The notes under the pieces: model-generated
Seen by the model: the letters and a program-made list of their open reading frames with translations, nothing else
Databases searched by the model: none
Told to the model about the DNA's origin: nothing
In this document: positions 1 through 16,421 of the stretch, piece after piece
How positions within the stretch are numbered: position 1 is the stretch's first letter
Layout: each line of letters begins with the position of its first letter
Translations under genes and position numbers: made by a program
NCBI RefSeq assembly: GCF_009914755.1
Contig: NC_060939.1
Direction: 5' to 3' (one strand)
DNA from: the human T2T-CHM13v2.0 reference genome, Homo sapiens
Length of the DNA: 64,000 nt

Positions 1-3307
<3,307 letters not shown>

Positions 3308-3370
3308 TATGATGTTAGCGGGTTATTTTGCTCGTTAGTTGATGCAGTTTCTTCCTAGCATCGATGGTCT

Positions 3371-4387
3371 TTACATTTTGGCATGTTTTTGCAGTGGCTG
3401 GTGCTGGTTGTTCCTTTCCATGTTTAGTGCTTCCTTCAGGAGCTCTTTTAGGGCAGGCCTGGTGGTGACAAAATCTCTCAGCATTTGCTTGTCTGTAAAG
3501 GATTTTATTTCTCCTTGGCTTATGAAGCTTAGTTTGGCTGGATATGAAATTCTAGGTTGAAAATTCTTTTCTTTAAGAATGTTGAATATGGACCCCCACT
3601 GACTTCTGGCTTGTAGAGTTTCTGCCAAGAGATCCACTGTTAGTCTGATGGGCTTCCCTTTGTGGGTAAACCGACCTTTCTCTCTGGCTGCCCTTAACAT
3701 TTTTTCCTTCCTTTCAACTTTGGTGAATCTGACAATTATGTGTCTTGGAGTTGCTCTTCTCGAGGAGTATCTTTGTGGCATTCTCTGTATTTCCTGAATT
3801 TGAATGTTGGCCTGCCTTGCTAGGTTGGGGAAGTTCTTCTGGATAATATACTGCAGAGTGTTTTCCAACTTGGTTCCATTCTCCCCATCACTTTCAGGTA
3901 CACCAGTCAGATGTATATCTGGTCTTTTCACATAGTCCCATATTTCTTGGAGGCTTTGTTCATTTCTTTTTACTCTTTTTTCTCTAAACTTCTCTTCTCG
4001 CTTCATTTCATTCATTTGATCTTCAGTCACTGATAACCTTTCTTCCAGTTGATCGAATTGGTTACTGAAGCTTGTGCATTCGTCACGTAGTTCTTGTGCC
4101 ATGGTTTTCAGCTCCATCAGGTCATTTAAGGACTTCTCTGCACTGGTTATTCTAGTTAGCCATTTGTCTAATCTTTTTTCAAGGTTTTTAGCTTCTTTGT
4201 AATGGGTTCGAACTTCCTTCTTTAGTTCAGAGAAGTTTGATCGTCTGAAGCCTTCTTCTCTCAACTTGTCAAAGTCATTCTCCATCCAGCTTTGTTCCGT
4301 TGCTGGCGAGGAGCTGCTTTCCTTTGGAGGGGGAGAGGCACTCTGATTTTTAGAAGTTTCAGCTTTTCTGCTCTGTTTTTTCCCCAT
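3371..4387 (-). CDS. L1 ORF1p (RNA-binding chaperone), full-length 338-aa open frame with substitutions at functional residues
   Basis: MGKKQSRK...REKG...YPAKLSF...PLQKHAKM, canonical length, no stop codons. Confidence 0.9.
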   Translation of the reverse strand: MGKKQSRKAETSKNQSASPPPKESSSSPATEQSWMENDFDKLREEGFRRSNFSELKKEVRTHYKEAKNLEKRLDKWLTRITSAEKSLNDLMELKTMAQELRDECTSFSNQFDQLEERLSVTEDQMNEMKREEKFREKRVKRNEQSLQEIWDYVKRPDIHLTGVPESDGENGTKLENTLQYIIQKNFPNLARQANIQIQEIQRMPQRYSSRRATPRHIIVRFTKVERKEKMLRAAREKGRFTHKGKPIRLTVDLLAETLQARSQWGSIFNILKEKNFQPRISYPAKLSFISQGEIKSFTDKQMLRDFVTTRPALKELLKEALNMERNNQHQPLQKHAKM

Positions 4388-7300
4388 CTTTGTGGTTTCA
4401 TCTACTTTTGGTCTTTGATGATGGTGACGTACAGATGGGGTTTTGGTGTGGATGTCCTTTCTGTTTGTTAGTTTTCCTTCTAACAGTCAGTACCCTCAGC
4501 TGCAGGTCTGTTGGAGTTTGCTGGATGTCCACTGCAGACCCTGTTTGCCTGGGTATCAGCAGTGGAGGCTGCAAAACAGCAAATATTGCTGAACAGCAAA
4601 TGTTGCTGCCTGATTGTTCCTCTGGAAGCTTCGTCTCAGAGGGGTACCTGGCCGTGTAAGGTCAGTGTGCCCTTACCGGGGGGTGCCTCCCAGTTAGGCT
4701 ACTCGGGGGTCAGGGACCCACTTGAGGGGGCAGTCTGCCCGTTCTCACATCTCAAACTCCGTACTAGGAGAACCACTACTCTCTTGAAAGCTGTCAGACA
4801 GGGACATTTAAGTCTGCAGAGGTTTCTGCCGCCTTTTGTTCAGCTATGCCCTGCCTGCAGAGGTGGAGTCTACAGAGGCAGGCAGGCCTCCTTGAGCTGC
4901 GGTGGGCTCCACCCAGTTCCAGCTTCCTGGCTGCTTTGTTTACCTACTCAAGCCTCAGCAATGGCGGGCGCCCCTCCCGCAGGCTAGGCCCTCTTTCTTG
5001 TTATCTCTTTTCAATCTTGCAACAACCTCCTTTCAGAGAGAAGAAAATCGAGAGATTCTAAGACTGGTCTAAAAATATTCAGATAGCATTAGGGTTGGGG
5101 TTGGAAACAGTTTATCTAAATAGTTCATAATTTCAGTCTTAACTGCCTCTTTAATCAAAAAGTTATTTAGAAGAATGCCTATAACTGCAAGTGGATGGAT
5201 TAAAAATAATTCTTAATAATTTCTAGTTTTATTGCTTTTTGGGTCAGAAATATAGCCCTGAATAAGTCTGAACTTTTAAAATGTAGTGAATTTTGTATTA
5301 TGGTCTAATACACAGGCAGTTTTAGTGGCTGTTTCATGAGTCTTTGAAAAGACTGTTATTTCCTTTCTTTATTGGGTGCCGAGTTCTCTGGCTTTCTCCT
5401 AACTTGAACTTACATGACTCCTATTTTAGGGTCTAATACACAGGATATCCCGGTGGCTGAAACAAAGACATTTTGGAGGTGCTTATGACTCAAATAGCAA
5501 ATCATCATTGAAACACATTGACATACCTCAAACCCAACTATATTTTTGGGATCTTTTCTGGATCCATAAGATCTGGTGGTGAAGCTTTCCTTCAGCTTCT
5601 AAAAGACAGCTTCGAATGGTGGTCAGGAAACTCGAGTTCTTGGCCCTACTCTGCCACTGACTTGCTCCTGTCCAAATTGCCTCTCCATGAGCTACAAGGG
5701 TCCAGGCAGATGTTGTCAAAGTCCATTCTGCTTCCAAAATCTGTGACTCTGTGTGGTGGGACTCTGGCTTTTCATCCTGAAGGTCACAGGCAGTTCACGA
5801 AAGACAGTGTTCCCATTGAGAGTGAGTGAGTGTTTCTTGGAGAAAGCATTATATACACACAAATGCTGCATGATGGTCCCTGAGAATTAAAAATCATTAC
5901 TTTAAAAATTCTGAAACTGCTTGTCTGCAATCAGTTGTAAAGTCACTAGGACAACCCTTCCCTCAGGATGTTATGTGAACACTGGACTGAATTCAACTAC
6001 AAAATAAGTCAAGAGGGTAGACCTGGAATGATATGCAAAATGCTGGCTTGTATTTTCTTGTGTGGAACAGCTGAGCATGGGCTGGGTGATGTTTGTCCTC
6101 TTCCAAAGTGATGCAAACACATGTTTCTAGTGCTCAGTACTACAGTCCTTCTGCCCTGATGTCCTTGACTGTGGAGTGGTAGAAACTCTCAAATGGGGGA
6201 TGCAGAGGGAAGTGTACCTTTCTTTGCAAAGCACTCAGTTCATTTTCTTCATTTCAAATGTACCATGAAGTCGATATCTTCATTATTTCACTCATTTCCC
6301 ATCTGTCGAGCACTCAGTATGCATCAGGGTGTGCTATCTTCTGGGGAGACAGAGCTGGATAAGAGAGAGATCAGCAAGTGAGTATCTGTTACTTCTTATC
6401 CCATCTAAAGTGGCACATGAGCTAACCACATGCTATATATGAATAATTGGATGCAATAAGAAGGGGATGTGGTAAGAAAATGTTCATCTAAATATCCAAA
6501 TCAGAAAGTGGTGGTTCTAGGGGAAGGAGTGAAGTTCTACCAGTTCTGCTGTTAGAAAGGCTGCCTCTACCTCATCAGAGCTCTGGGTCTCCCTCCAGCT
6601 TCTTCAGAGGCTGCATTGAGGAATGAATCTTGAGGGTGAGCAATGGCCCTGACCTTCAGACTTTGAATTCTAGGAAAGAAGTTGCTTGCAGGAATGACCT
6701 CAGCCTAATCACTTGAAATTAAGGCAGCAAAGGAAAACGCCCAATCTCTGTTTATAAATGTGCAAAACAATTTGCTAGACAAGGCTATTACTCAAGCAAG
6801 AGACTATTCACAGATGGTGGCTTGGGCTGGGTAGACACAAAGGCTAGGACAGCAGACCATTAATCACCATGCACAGACGTGCTGCTTGGTAAAAGTGAGC
6901 CTCCCAGACTAAGAAAGGGTGTACTGTAGGGGCTTAATGTGGAATCACCTGTCCTGCGGGTATTTAGAGAAATCCTCACAGCCACAGAAATCCCCAGAAG
7001 CCCACAGAAGGGATTTCAGACAAATCCACATCTCCTCACACTCCCTTTTCCCCATTTCCCCCACTTCCTAAATGTAGAACAATTCCAGGATGTTACAAAT
7101 GTATGCATTCACTTAATAAAAACTGCATGTCTGCCAGGGACCGAGCACCACGAGGATTGTGTACACTAAAGATGATCTTTTCATCCAAGTATGTTACAGT
7201 TTACATGGAGAGATGAGGCAGAGTATGTGCATGTGGACACATATGTGTGCGAAAGGGAAATAGCCCAAGACAGTGATGTTTTCTCCCTCTTCCTGACAAC

Positions 7301-7696
7301 TTCTCTCCATCTTCATCTCAACCTCATTGGTGCTTTCCTCTGAGCAGCCTTTTCTGACCTTCCAAGACCGAGTTGGATGCTCTGGTTCTGTGTTCTCATC
7401 GCTGCCTATGCTTCTCCCCTCCCATCACTTTCACACTGAATTGTAATTGCCTGTTCAGTTGTTTGGGTCACTCTTCCCCAGCCCCCTACTGTGTCTTTTT
7501 TGGGAGCAGGGACTTTGCCTGTCTGTGTTACTCCTGGCACAATACATGTTTGTTGACAGATTCCACAAGCAGTATTGATGATGTCCTCTGTGAGTGGAGT
7601 TGGAAGGGGTCATTTGAAGCCCAGGAGAAGGGGTTCCAGCCAGCCTTGAAAGATAAGTTAAGAACAAGAGGAGAGAGGATGTGGTTTTATCTAGTG

Positions 7697-7913
7697 CAGT
7701 GGTTCTCAAAGTGCGGTCCCTGGACCAAAAGCATCAGCATCACCTGGGAACTTGTTAGGAATGCAAATTCGGGCCTCACTCCCAAATTTGCTTTCACATT
7801 CCATTGCATTCCACACCTACTAAATCAGAGGCTCTGGAGGAGGACCCTGGCAATCTGGGTTTTAATAAACCCTCCAGGTGATTATGGTGAACTTCAAAGT
7901 TTGAGAACAACTG
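7697..7913 (+). mobile_element. MER5A-type hAT-Charlie MITE
   Basis: CAGTGGTTCTCAAAGTG...CAGCATCACCTGGGAACTTGTTAG...AGTTTGAGAACAACTG termini form inverted repeats. Confidence 0.8.
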
Positions 7914-9854
7914 ACCTAGCACTTTTCTACTATGACTCTGTATTATTTATCACTGAGACCAATGTACTGTCACATACCGACTAGGCCCTACCTGCGACTT
8001 TGTGATTATGCATAACAAATAGAGTTTGTCTCCTGCTACTTGCAGTTGATTAATGGCGAGAGTTCTTATGCAAGAGATTCTGAGACCATGACTGTGCCCA
8101 AGGTGAAAGAGTGCCAGAATTGATTAGTAATGTCTGTCATGGGTGCAGGAGGAGGAGTACTCACATCCTTTGCTCACACCTCTTGCATGTGCTGTCTCTG
8201 ACTGGAGCCAATCCTGAATGTATGTAGGACAAGATGAAGGCAGTGCTCAGGTCTGAGGGCCTGGCTGCAGGCTCTCTTCTGATCTTCATGCTCTGAATTT
8301 TTAGGACCCAGCCTCCTTCCTTATGCCCTAGTTTAGATGTCCTGTTTCTTGACACTGTTCTTACCATGATTGAGTCTCCCACACCAGTCCCATACTCACC
8401 TCCTTCATACCACCACTCTTCTGGGTCTTGATTGATAGTTTGCCCTGTCACTGTTTGGCCAGACCACCAACCCTTGTTCTGACTTGCAACCTTTTTCTGG
8501 CCATTCTGTGGTTGGGTCAGATCATTTGGATCTCCCCTGGGACACACATAATTCTGATCTGCCCTGAGAAAAACAAATCTTTCCCCCTTGCTCCCATTTG
8601 CAAACTCTTTGCCCAAACCAGGCCAACTTATGTTCACAGACTCCTAGTCTCTGCTGTCTCCTCAACCTGTGCTAGTTATCCAAGAAAGGGATCCCAGGTG
8701 ATGGGACCAGTATAAGCAAAGGCATGAGGTCAGAATATGAAAAATATGATTAGGTCTGTAAGTGGATCAGTCTGGCTGGGTTAAGAACTCATGCCGAGAC
8801 ATATTGGATTGAAACATCAGCAAACAATTGGTAAGATCAGATTTTGAGGGTCTCAATCCCCCAGCTCTGGAGCTTAAACTTCATGCCCTAGGAGGGAGCT
8901 ACCAAAGGCTCTGGGTTGGGGAAGGTGGTGACACCTTAAGGAGATGCTGTACGAATACTCACCTAGCAGGTGTGTGCAGGGTGATGTGCAGGGAGGGACC
9001 AAAAGGAGGTGGCCACAGTTATCTGGGCCTGATGTGGCACTGATTGTGGGAAGAGGAAAGAAATGGACGTGAGAAAGGAATTCTGGAGACACTCCCAGGA
9101 GGGAATCAATGTGGCAGGATGGCTGATTTCATGAAGGGGGTAAAGGACAGAGAAGAGTCAAGGTGACTGGAATAACATCAAACCTGACACAAAGAGGGAT
9201 GCCCAGTGGGGAAGAACAGATGTGAGAGGAAGTTGAGGACTTGAAATTAACACTAAATGAGTTTGAGGTGAAAGCAGGGAATCCTGGTGGGAATGCTGAG
9301 CAGGTGAATGGAAATCCAGGACCACAGGCAGTATGTGGGCTAGGATCAACAGGAATGTGGGTGTTCCCCATCCTAGGAGACAGCAGGAAAGGGGAGAGGG
9401 GAGGAAGGAGCTGTGGACTCTGAGCCATGACCCTTGGGGAATGTCTGCATCGGGGTGGAGAAAAAAGTAGAATCAGGGAAGGAACAACCCCAGGGGAAGG
9501 GAACCAGGGGGCTGTAGTGATAGGGATGCAAAGGGACAAGAGGACATTGAAGAGAAGGTGGTCGTCTGCAGTGTTAGTGCTACAGGGAGGATAAGGAGAA
9601 AGAGGGCGGGCGTGATGAGGCCTGCCTGTGGGTTTAGAGACAACACCCAGGGTGCAGTGGGCCATTCTGTTTCAGGGCAGCTATTCGGGACCTAAGCTAA
9701 CCGTGTATCTCCAGGGAAACTCTTTTGCTGACAAGGTTGCAGGTCATCCTGGGCCTGAGAACTTTGTGATATACAGAAGTCATTCTTTAAAGTCCTGTTC
9801 TTTCCTGCTTGTGATCACACTCTTGCCTTCTTCTCTATTCCCGGACATATCCAC

Positions 9855-9856
<2 letters not shown>

Positions 9857-9895
<39 letters not shown>

Positions 9896-9909
9896 ACACA
9901 CCCACACAC
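9857..9909. repeat. (CA)n microsatellite, interrupted at the 3' end
   Basis: Direct reading. Confidence 0.95.
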
Positions 9910-10771
9910 CTATTTCCTTCAGTGACTCTTCTGAAAGCCAACCTGAAAATAGCAGAACATAAATTGTCCTGCCATTTTCCACCTACTTATAGGCTTAGTT
10001 GTTCAAGGCTAGCTACTGAGATGTCGGGAAGAAATTATCTGCCTTGTACAGTTGTTCAGGTTGTGCACTGCACAGGGTACTGCATCTAAGGGGATAGCAT
10101 TTACGTTGTAGATATCTTTATTTTGATTTTTTTCATATTTTATTATAACTATTGATTCTAAAGATTAGTGATGTGTATATTTATTAGAACAACTTTCTGG
10201 CAGGTAACAGTAAAGTGGCTTTTTCTAATAATATCAATACATCATACAGTTTTCTATCGGGTCAAAATAAAGATGCTGAGAAAGGGATGCCTTCACTATT
10301 CTTGTAAAGGCATGATGAAAGTGGCCTGGAGAGCTCCCACCAGATGAATGAGGGGTGGAGGCTTTTGTGAGTAGATGGCTAGCCAGCTTCTTTCCAGGTG
10401 TGGACCATCAGAATGGGCACTGGTTGATTCATTCTAATTGAACAATCAATTACCAACCACTTGTTGTGTGAGAAGACCTCTGTCTAGGCTATGAGAAAGA
10501 CAAGGTCCCATCATCCTTGAGGAATTCAGAATTTCAATGAGAACACAGGTAGGAAAACAATGTAATGCAGTAATTGCATATATAAAGTACCAGGGGATGC
10601 TTCGTCCTGCCAGTTGCACTGTTCCACTCCATTATGCTTTAGTTTTTTTAGTGGAATAAGCTTAAATATTAGCCATAATTAAAGCATATTTTTTAATGAA
10701 TATTTTATGGTTGAGAGTCACTGCTTAATAAACCTAATTCTTTCTTCTAGGTATAAGAAGGTAATGTTGTT

Positions 10772-11096
<325 letters not shown>

Positions 11097-11423
11097 TAAG
11101 CCAGTTGTTGAGATCAAAAGCTTTTTAAGGCTTCTGCTCCAGGATTAGGTAGCACTGGTGTGTGTGGGTGGGGAGGGTTTCTTTAGCTTTTCTCATTTTC
11201 TCATTGTTAAAGTACATCTTAGCTGTTGGTTACAGAGAACAAGGAAAGGTCATCCTACCCATCTTTTCAGTTCTAAGGGGATTCTGGTTCTCTTAGGTTT
11301 ACATGGCTATTGTTTTCTTATAGTCAGCTGTTGTCATATCTAACTTGTCCTTCGCCAGCCCTCCATTCCTAAGAGGACAGTTTTCCTTCCAACCTCTGAC
11401 TCCATTAAGTTTGTAGTTTATGA

Positions 11424-11754
<331 letters not shown>

Positions 11755-12924
11755 ACAAATGGCTTCTTTACACATGTATGTGTTTATTTGCTGACCTTTG
11801 TTGTTGTTGTTGTTGTTTAAAAAAAAACTTCAGACAAATTAAATTTAACAGAATTTAATTGAATGATTCACAAATGGAGTAGCCCTTGGAACCAGAACAG
11901 GTTCAGAAAGACCAGGGCTGCTACATGGCTGAATAATATTTATGGACACAAAAAGGGGAGTGAGATACAGAAAACAGAAGTGAGGTACAGAGAAAGCTGG
12001 ACTGGTTAAAGCTTGGAGTTTGCCTTATAGCCACCTGTGATTAACTGAAGGTTGTCTGCTGTGACCGGCTGAGACTCAGCTACTTATTACAAAGGCAAAT
12101 TCCAAAGTTAGGTTTTCATTTTTGTTTACGTACTAAGTTGGTTGCAGTTATGTAAGGACTCAAGTATGCAAGTACAGAGGCTTTCTCAAGCCAAATTTAG
12201 TTGAATTTAACAATTCCCTTCTTCTTTTGGTCAGCCTCTGACCAAATTTTGAGAGATTGATCAAAACTTTGGGCATTGGTGCCACTCTCTGTCGTCATCA
12301 TAAAAGGACTTATTTGGTCTCAGTACAGAACTCATAACTCTTATTTGGTCACAGTATGGAATTCACAAGTCACAATGTCATGTCATCAGTTGAATAATTT
12401 TTTATATTCTTGCTAATCTAGTCAAAATGAAACCGTTTGATGCTCAATGAATGGCTGCATACAAATATTTAAGACTTGAGAGGGTACAACACACCCAGGA
12501 GATGACTGTGATCACTATCAAGAGAATAGTATCAAAAGACCAAAGTACACTCCTTAACAAGAGCCCATACAGACCAATCTAAATCAAACAAACCAAACTT
12601 CTGGAACTTGAGGCAGTTCAATAATAGCTGAGTCTAACTGATCATAGCCCCTGTTTTGGTTTTGATGGCAATCAAGGGACCCTATCTTGTTGCAAAATAG
12701 TCTGACTCAAAGAGGTATCCATCTTGGTAGTGAGCCTGGCAACACATGTCATAGCAATCTGGAGACACAGTAGAAGAAACACAGATTGGAAACTTTGAAA
12801 AGCCAAGCTTGCCACCCACCACTTAGGATGCCTCCAAACCAACTGTTAGCTGCTTCCGTAAACATATTATATTATGCATTCCTTTCCCTTTCTCTTATGG
12901 GAAAGGAACACATAATATGTTTAT

Positions 12925-13195
12925 TGCCGTCCCATTGAGGGTGGCAATTTAATGTCGTCCCTCTGTAAATGTTCAAATGGCCCATCAGGTAGTGGAAATG
13001 CACCACCTAAAGTTTTGATTGTCTTCCTAGGATTATGGGCTTGACAAGCCAAACATTGGTTGTAGACCATTTTAGCAAGCTTAGAATAGTCACCACACTA
13101 ATATTTTTCATTATTTGTATCATTTTGCCTACTGCTTGATGAGTTACAGAGTGCAGAATTTGTAATAAGGGAAACTTTAAGGACTCAGGAAGGGC
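12925..13195 (-). pseudogene. Retroviral integrase N-terminal remnant (HHCC zinc finger and start of catalytic core)
   Basis: Manual minus-strand translation gives LQILHSVTHQAVGKMIQIMK, then a frameshift/stop, then YSKLAKMVYNQCLACQAHNPRKTIKTLGGAFPLPDGPFEHLQRDDIKLPPSMG. This shows H-x3-H, C-x2-C and the GPFEHLQxD integrase motif. Confidence 0.75.
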
Positions 13196-15667
13196 CCCAG
13201 GGCCTCCATGAGTCCACACTTTACACTGACTTTGCATCCTTTTAAATATCAATTTTGTTTTCCAATTCAGTTACTTAGCACCATTTATTAAATAGATTGC
13301 CATAGGTAATTTAATTTGGATCAATCTTATGAAGTTCATTCAAATTGCATATCTTAACAATTTTAGTATTGTCTGACTTAATATAAAAACCTGCCAAAGC
13401 ATTTCCTTGGTGTTAATATTTAATTAAGTTTTACTCTGGCTTGATGTTGGGCTAGCAGTTTTATAAAGACAGTCAGTTTCTTCCTAAGCATTCTGGGAAT
13501 TATTACCCTTCCATTGGAATTATCTTAAGGTTGTCAGAAACCTGTACTTGTCAGAGTCCTTTCCATCCTTTCCATGAACCTCCTTGGACACAAAGCACTT
13601 TTGGATTATCGATAGTTGACTGTGGATGACAAAAGACTTAACATGTCCAGTTAAAAATCTAATGAGAATTCATTATAATCAGCAATTGAAAAGAAAATTT
13701 GGTTATTTCTGTAGCATAGAACATTTTAACATAACCGAAATTATGACTGCTGCCGTATTAGATTTTTAGTAATCCCACACAATTTTTGGAACAGTCATCT
13801 TAATATCATATCCATAAAAGTAATTTAAATGTTAAACATTATTTCTGATTTGACAATGCTTCCCATATAGTTAACATATCAAGTAAGTCTACTCAGTTTA
13901 ATATCTCTTTTTTTAAAAGGTGAGAGATACATCCTTTGCGATTTTCCAGGGGCCCTACTGAGAAATCACAAAGTTAATTCAAGATCAAAAAGAATTAATT
14001 TAGATTTGATTTGGGGAAGTTTGTCAAAAATGTCAAAAAGTTTAAAACACTTAAATATGACCTTGGTTATGTATTTAATCAAGATGACAATAAGGTATTT
14101 TAAGGACAAATACAGAAGTTTACATAGTTGTAGGAAAAATCTTAACTTTTTAATAGAGAAGACCCAGTTTTCTTTAGTAATCAAAGACCTAAGAAAGACA
14201 ACATGAAGGACAGGAAAGTGTTTTGGTAAAACACAGAATTTTTATTTTCTGGGCCAAATGCCTAAAAGGTAAAGAAAAACCTTTCACAATTTCCTATTAA
14301 GAGCAGAAGCCAATACTCCAAGAAAACGTTCTTCTTTTAACAGAGAGGACCAAATGCTAGTTTTGCATCAGTGTACTTTTGCTATTAGCACTCAATTTTA
14401 GAAAAACAATTTCCTTCTAATTTTAGCCAACTTGATCACATATAAAATTCCTTTTATAATACGCATCTTCCACAAACCTTCTACATCTTATCCATTTAGT
14501 TTTATCCAGTCATTCTTTTCTTCCTTCATTCCTTCTGAAACCACCTCCAAACTAGATAAGACTACTCTTCCTTAACAATATAACACATCCTCATGCCTTT
14601 CTTATAACTTTCCTCACCAAAAACACATCTTACTTTTACTGTTTCCCTTATTATATCTAGTTTTAATTACCATATATTTATTAGAATTTTAAACTATTAA
14701 CTTTAATTTCTCATGGAATAAATAATTTTGAAGGGAGATGATACAATTTTATAATTTTTAGAAATGTATTTTCTCATAACACAATTTTTTATGTTTCCTA
14801 ATAGACCCAAATATATTTAGCTTCTCTATACTGTATTAAAAAATGCAGAAGTATATATGCTCTAAACCTATGTCCAGCAATTAATGTTCCAGTATTTTAA
14901 CTTACTTAGACATTTAATAAGTATCTATTACTTAATGTAACATGACTTTAAGACATTAAGTTACTGGAAAATAACTTTGAAACAATGAATTTTGAAACAA
15001 GTTTATCCCATCCTAACAAGGGGTTGGGGTTGAGTCAAGGGACCCTTCCCCCCATCATTGTTTTTTTAAATTAACCTGTTAGATTATTGCCCTAAGTGAT
15101 TTCTAGTTTGCTTATTATAATTTCTGTCTTCCTACTTTTTGAATTTCTCCAAATTGCTGTAAATAGAGGAAACTGGTTTTGGACCCTGTAATTTTGGGGG
15201 ACCAGCAGGGGTCCCCCTCGTCTGTCCAGCCTTTGGTAGATTTGGCCTTTGTTTTAACCTCAGAAGTCTGTTTGACTTATACCCTTTTATCATAAGCATC
15301 TAATGATTTTTTTCCTAAATTTGCATTTCCAAAGTGATGGCTTAAGCAAAGCTAGGTAGAACATTTATATCTCAAAGGCACGGAACTGAGACTTAAGGCT
15401 TGAATACCATCATTTGCCCAAATCAAGAAAGAAGGTCATACTTTAAGGCCTACTTAAGGCAAAATGGCCACTGTGATATTGTGATATATTGCGATATAAA
15501 TTTAAACCAGTGTCTTTTCCATTTTGAGAGTTTCAAATGACTGGATCCTTCCTCTGTTCCTGGTACAGAGAGGCTGACAACTTTACGAATGTGGATTTTT
15601 TTTAATTGATGTAAATTTCTTTTACAAAAGGATTTCAAAATAGCCAGCTAAATGCCAGAAAAGTGTA

Positions 15668-15973
15668 TAGTCGGCCCTCTGTATCTGCTTCTGCATCCAT
15701 GGATTCCACCAACCATGGATCGAAAACATTCAGGAAGAAAAAAACAATACAATCATAAAGAGTCATACAAATAAAAATACAGGATAACAATCATTTACAT
15801 AACATTCACATTGTGTTAGGTATTATAAGTAATGTAGAAATGATTTCAAGTATACAAGAGGATGTACGTAGTTTATATAATATGCCGTTTTACATAGGAG
15901 ACTTGATCATCTGCAGATTTTACATCTGCAGGAAGTCCTGAACTAATCCCCTGTGGATATTGAGGAATGACTG
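15668..15973 (+). mobile_element. Tigger3a/MER7-type TcMar-Tigger MITE nested in the ERV internal region
   Basis: TAGTCGGCCCTCTGTATC...GATATTGAGGAATGACTG termini flanked by TA (15666-15667 and 15974-15975). Confidence 0.78.
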
Positions 15974-16094
15974 TATTTGAGAGACCAATTTAGTTCAATA
16001 GGTGGTCTCTTTGCAACTTAGCTTCTGTTTCTTAGCTAAAATTACTAATTCAGGGCAGAGCTCATTAACAAATAGGGCGAAGAAACTATTTTGT

Positions 16095-16421
<327 letters not shown>

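Noticed and set aside
4511-4987. 158-aa ORF as functional ORF0
   Set aside because: It has a TTG start in antisense L1 5'UTR. The true ORF0 ATG at 4961 yields only 8 codons before the truncation-derived stop.
7373-7984. 203-aa ORF
   Set aside because: Non-ATG start, runs across L2-like and MER5A sequence, and has no recognisable domain.
9129-9665. 178-aa Pro/Ser-rich minus-strand ORF
   Set aside because: Compositional artefact of a purine-rich, probably L2-derived plus strand; non-ATG start.
10010-10325. Possible MER91-like hAT relic
   Set aside because: Only a short motif resembles the remembered consensus; ends and TSD could not be established.
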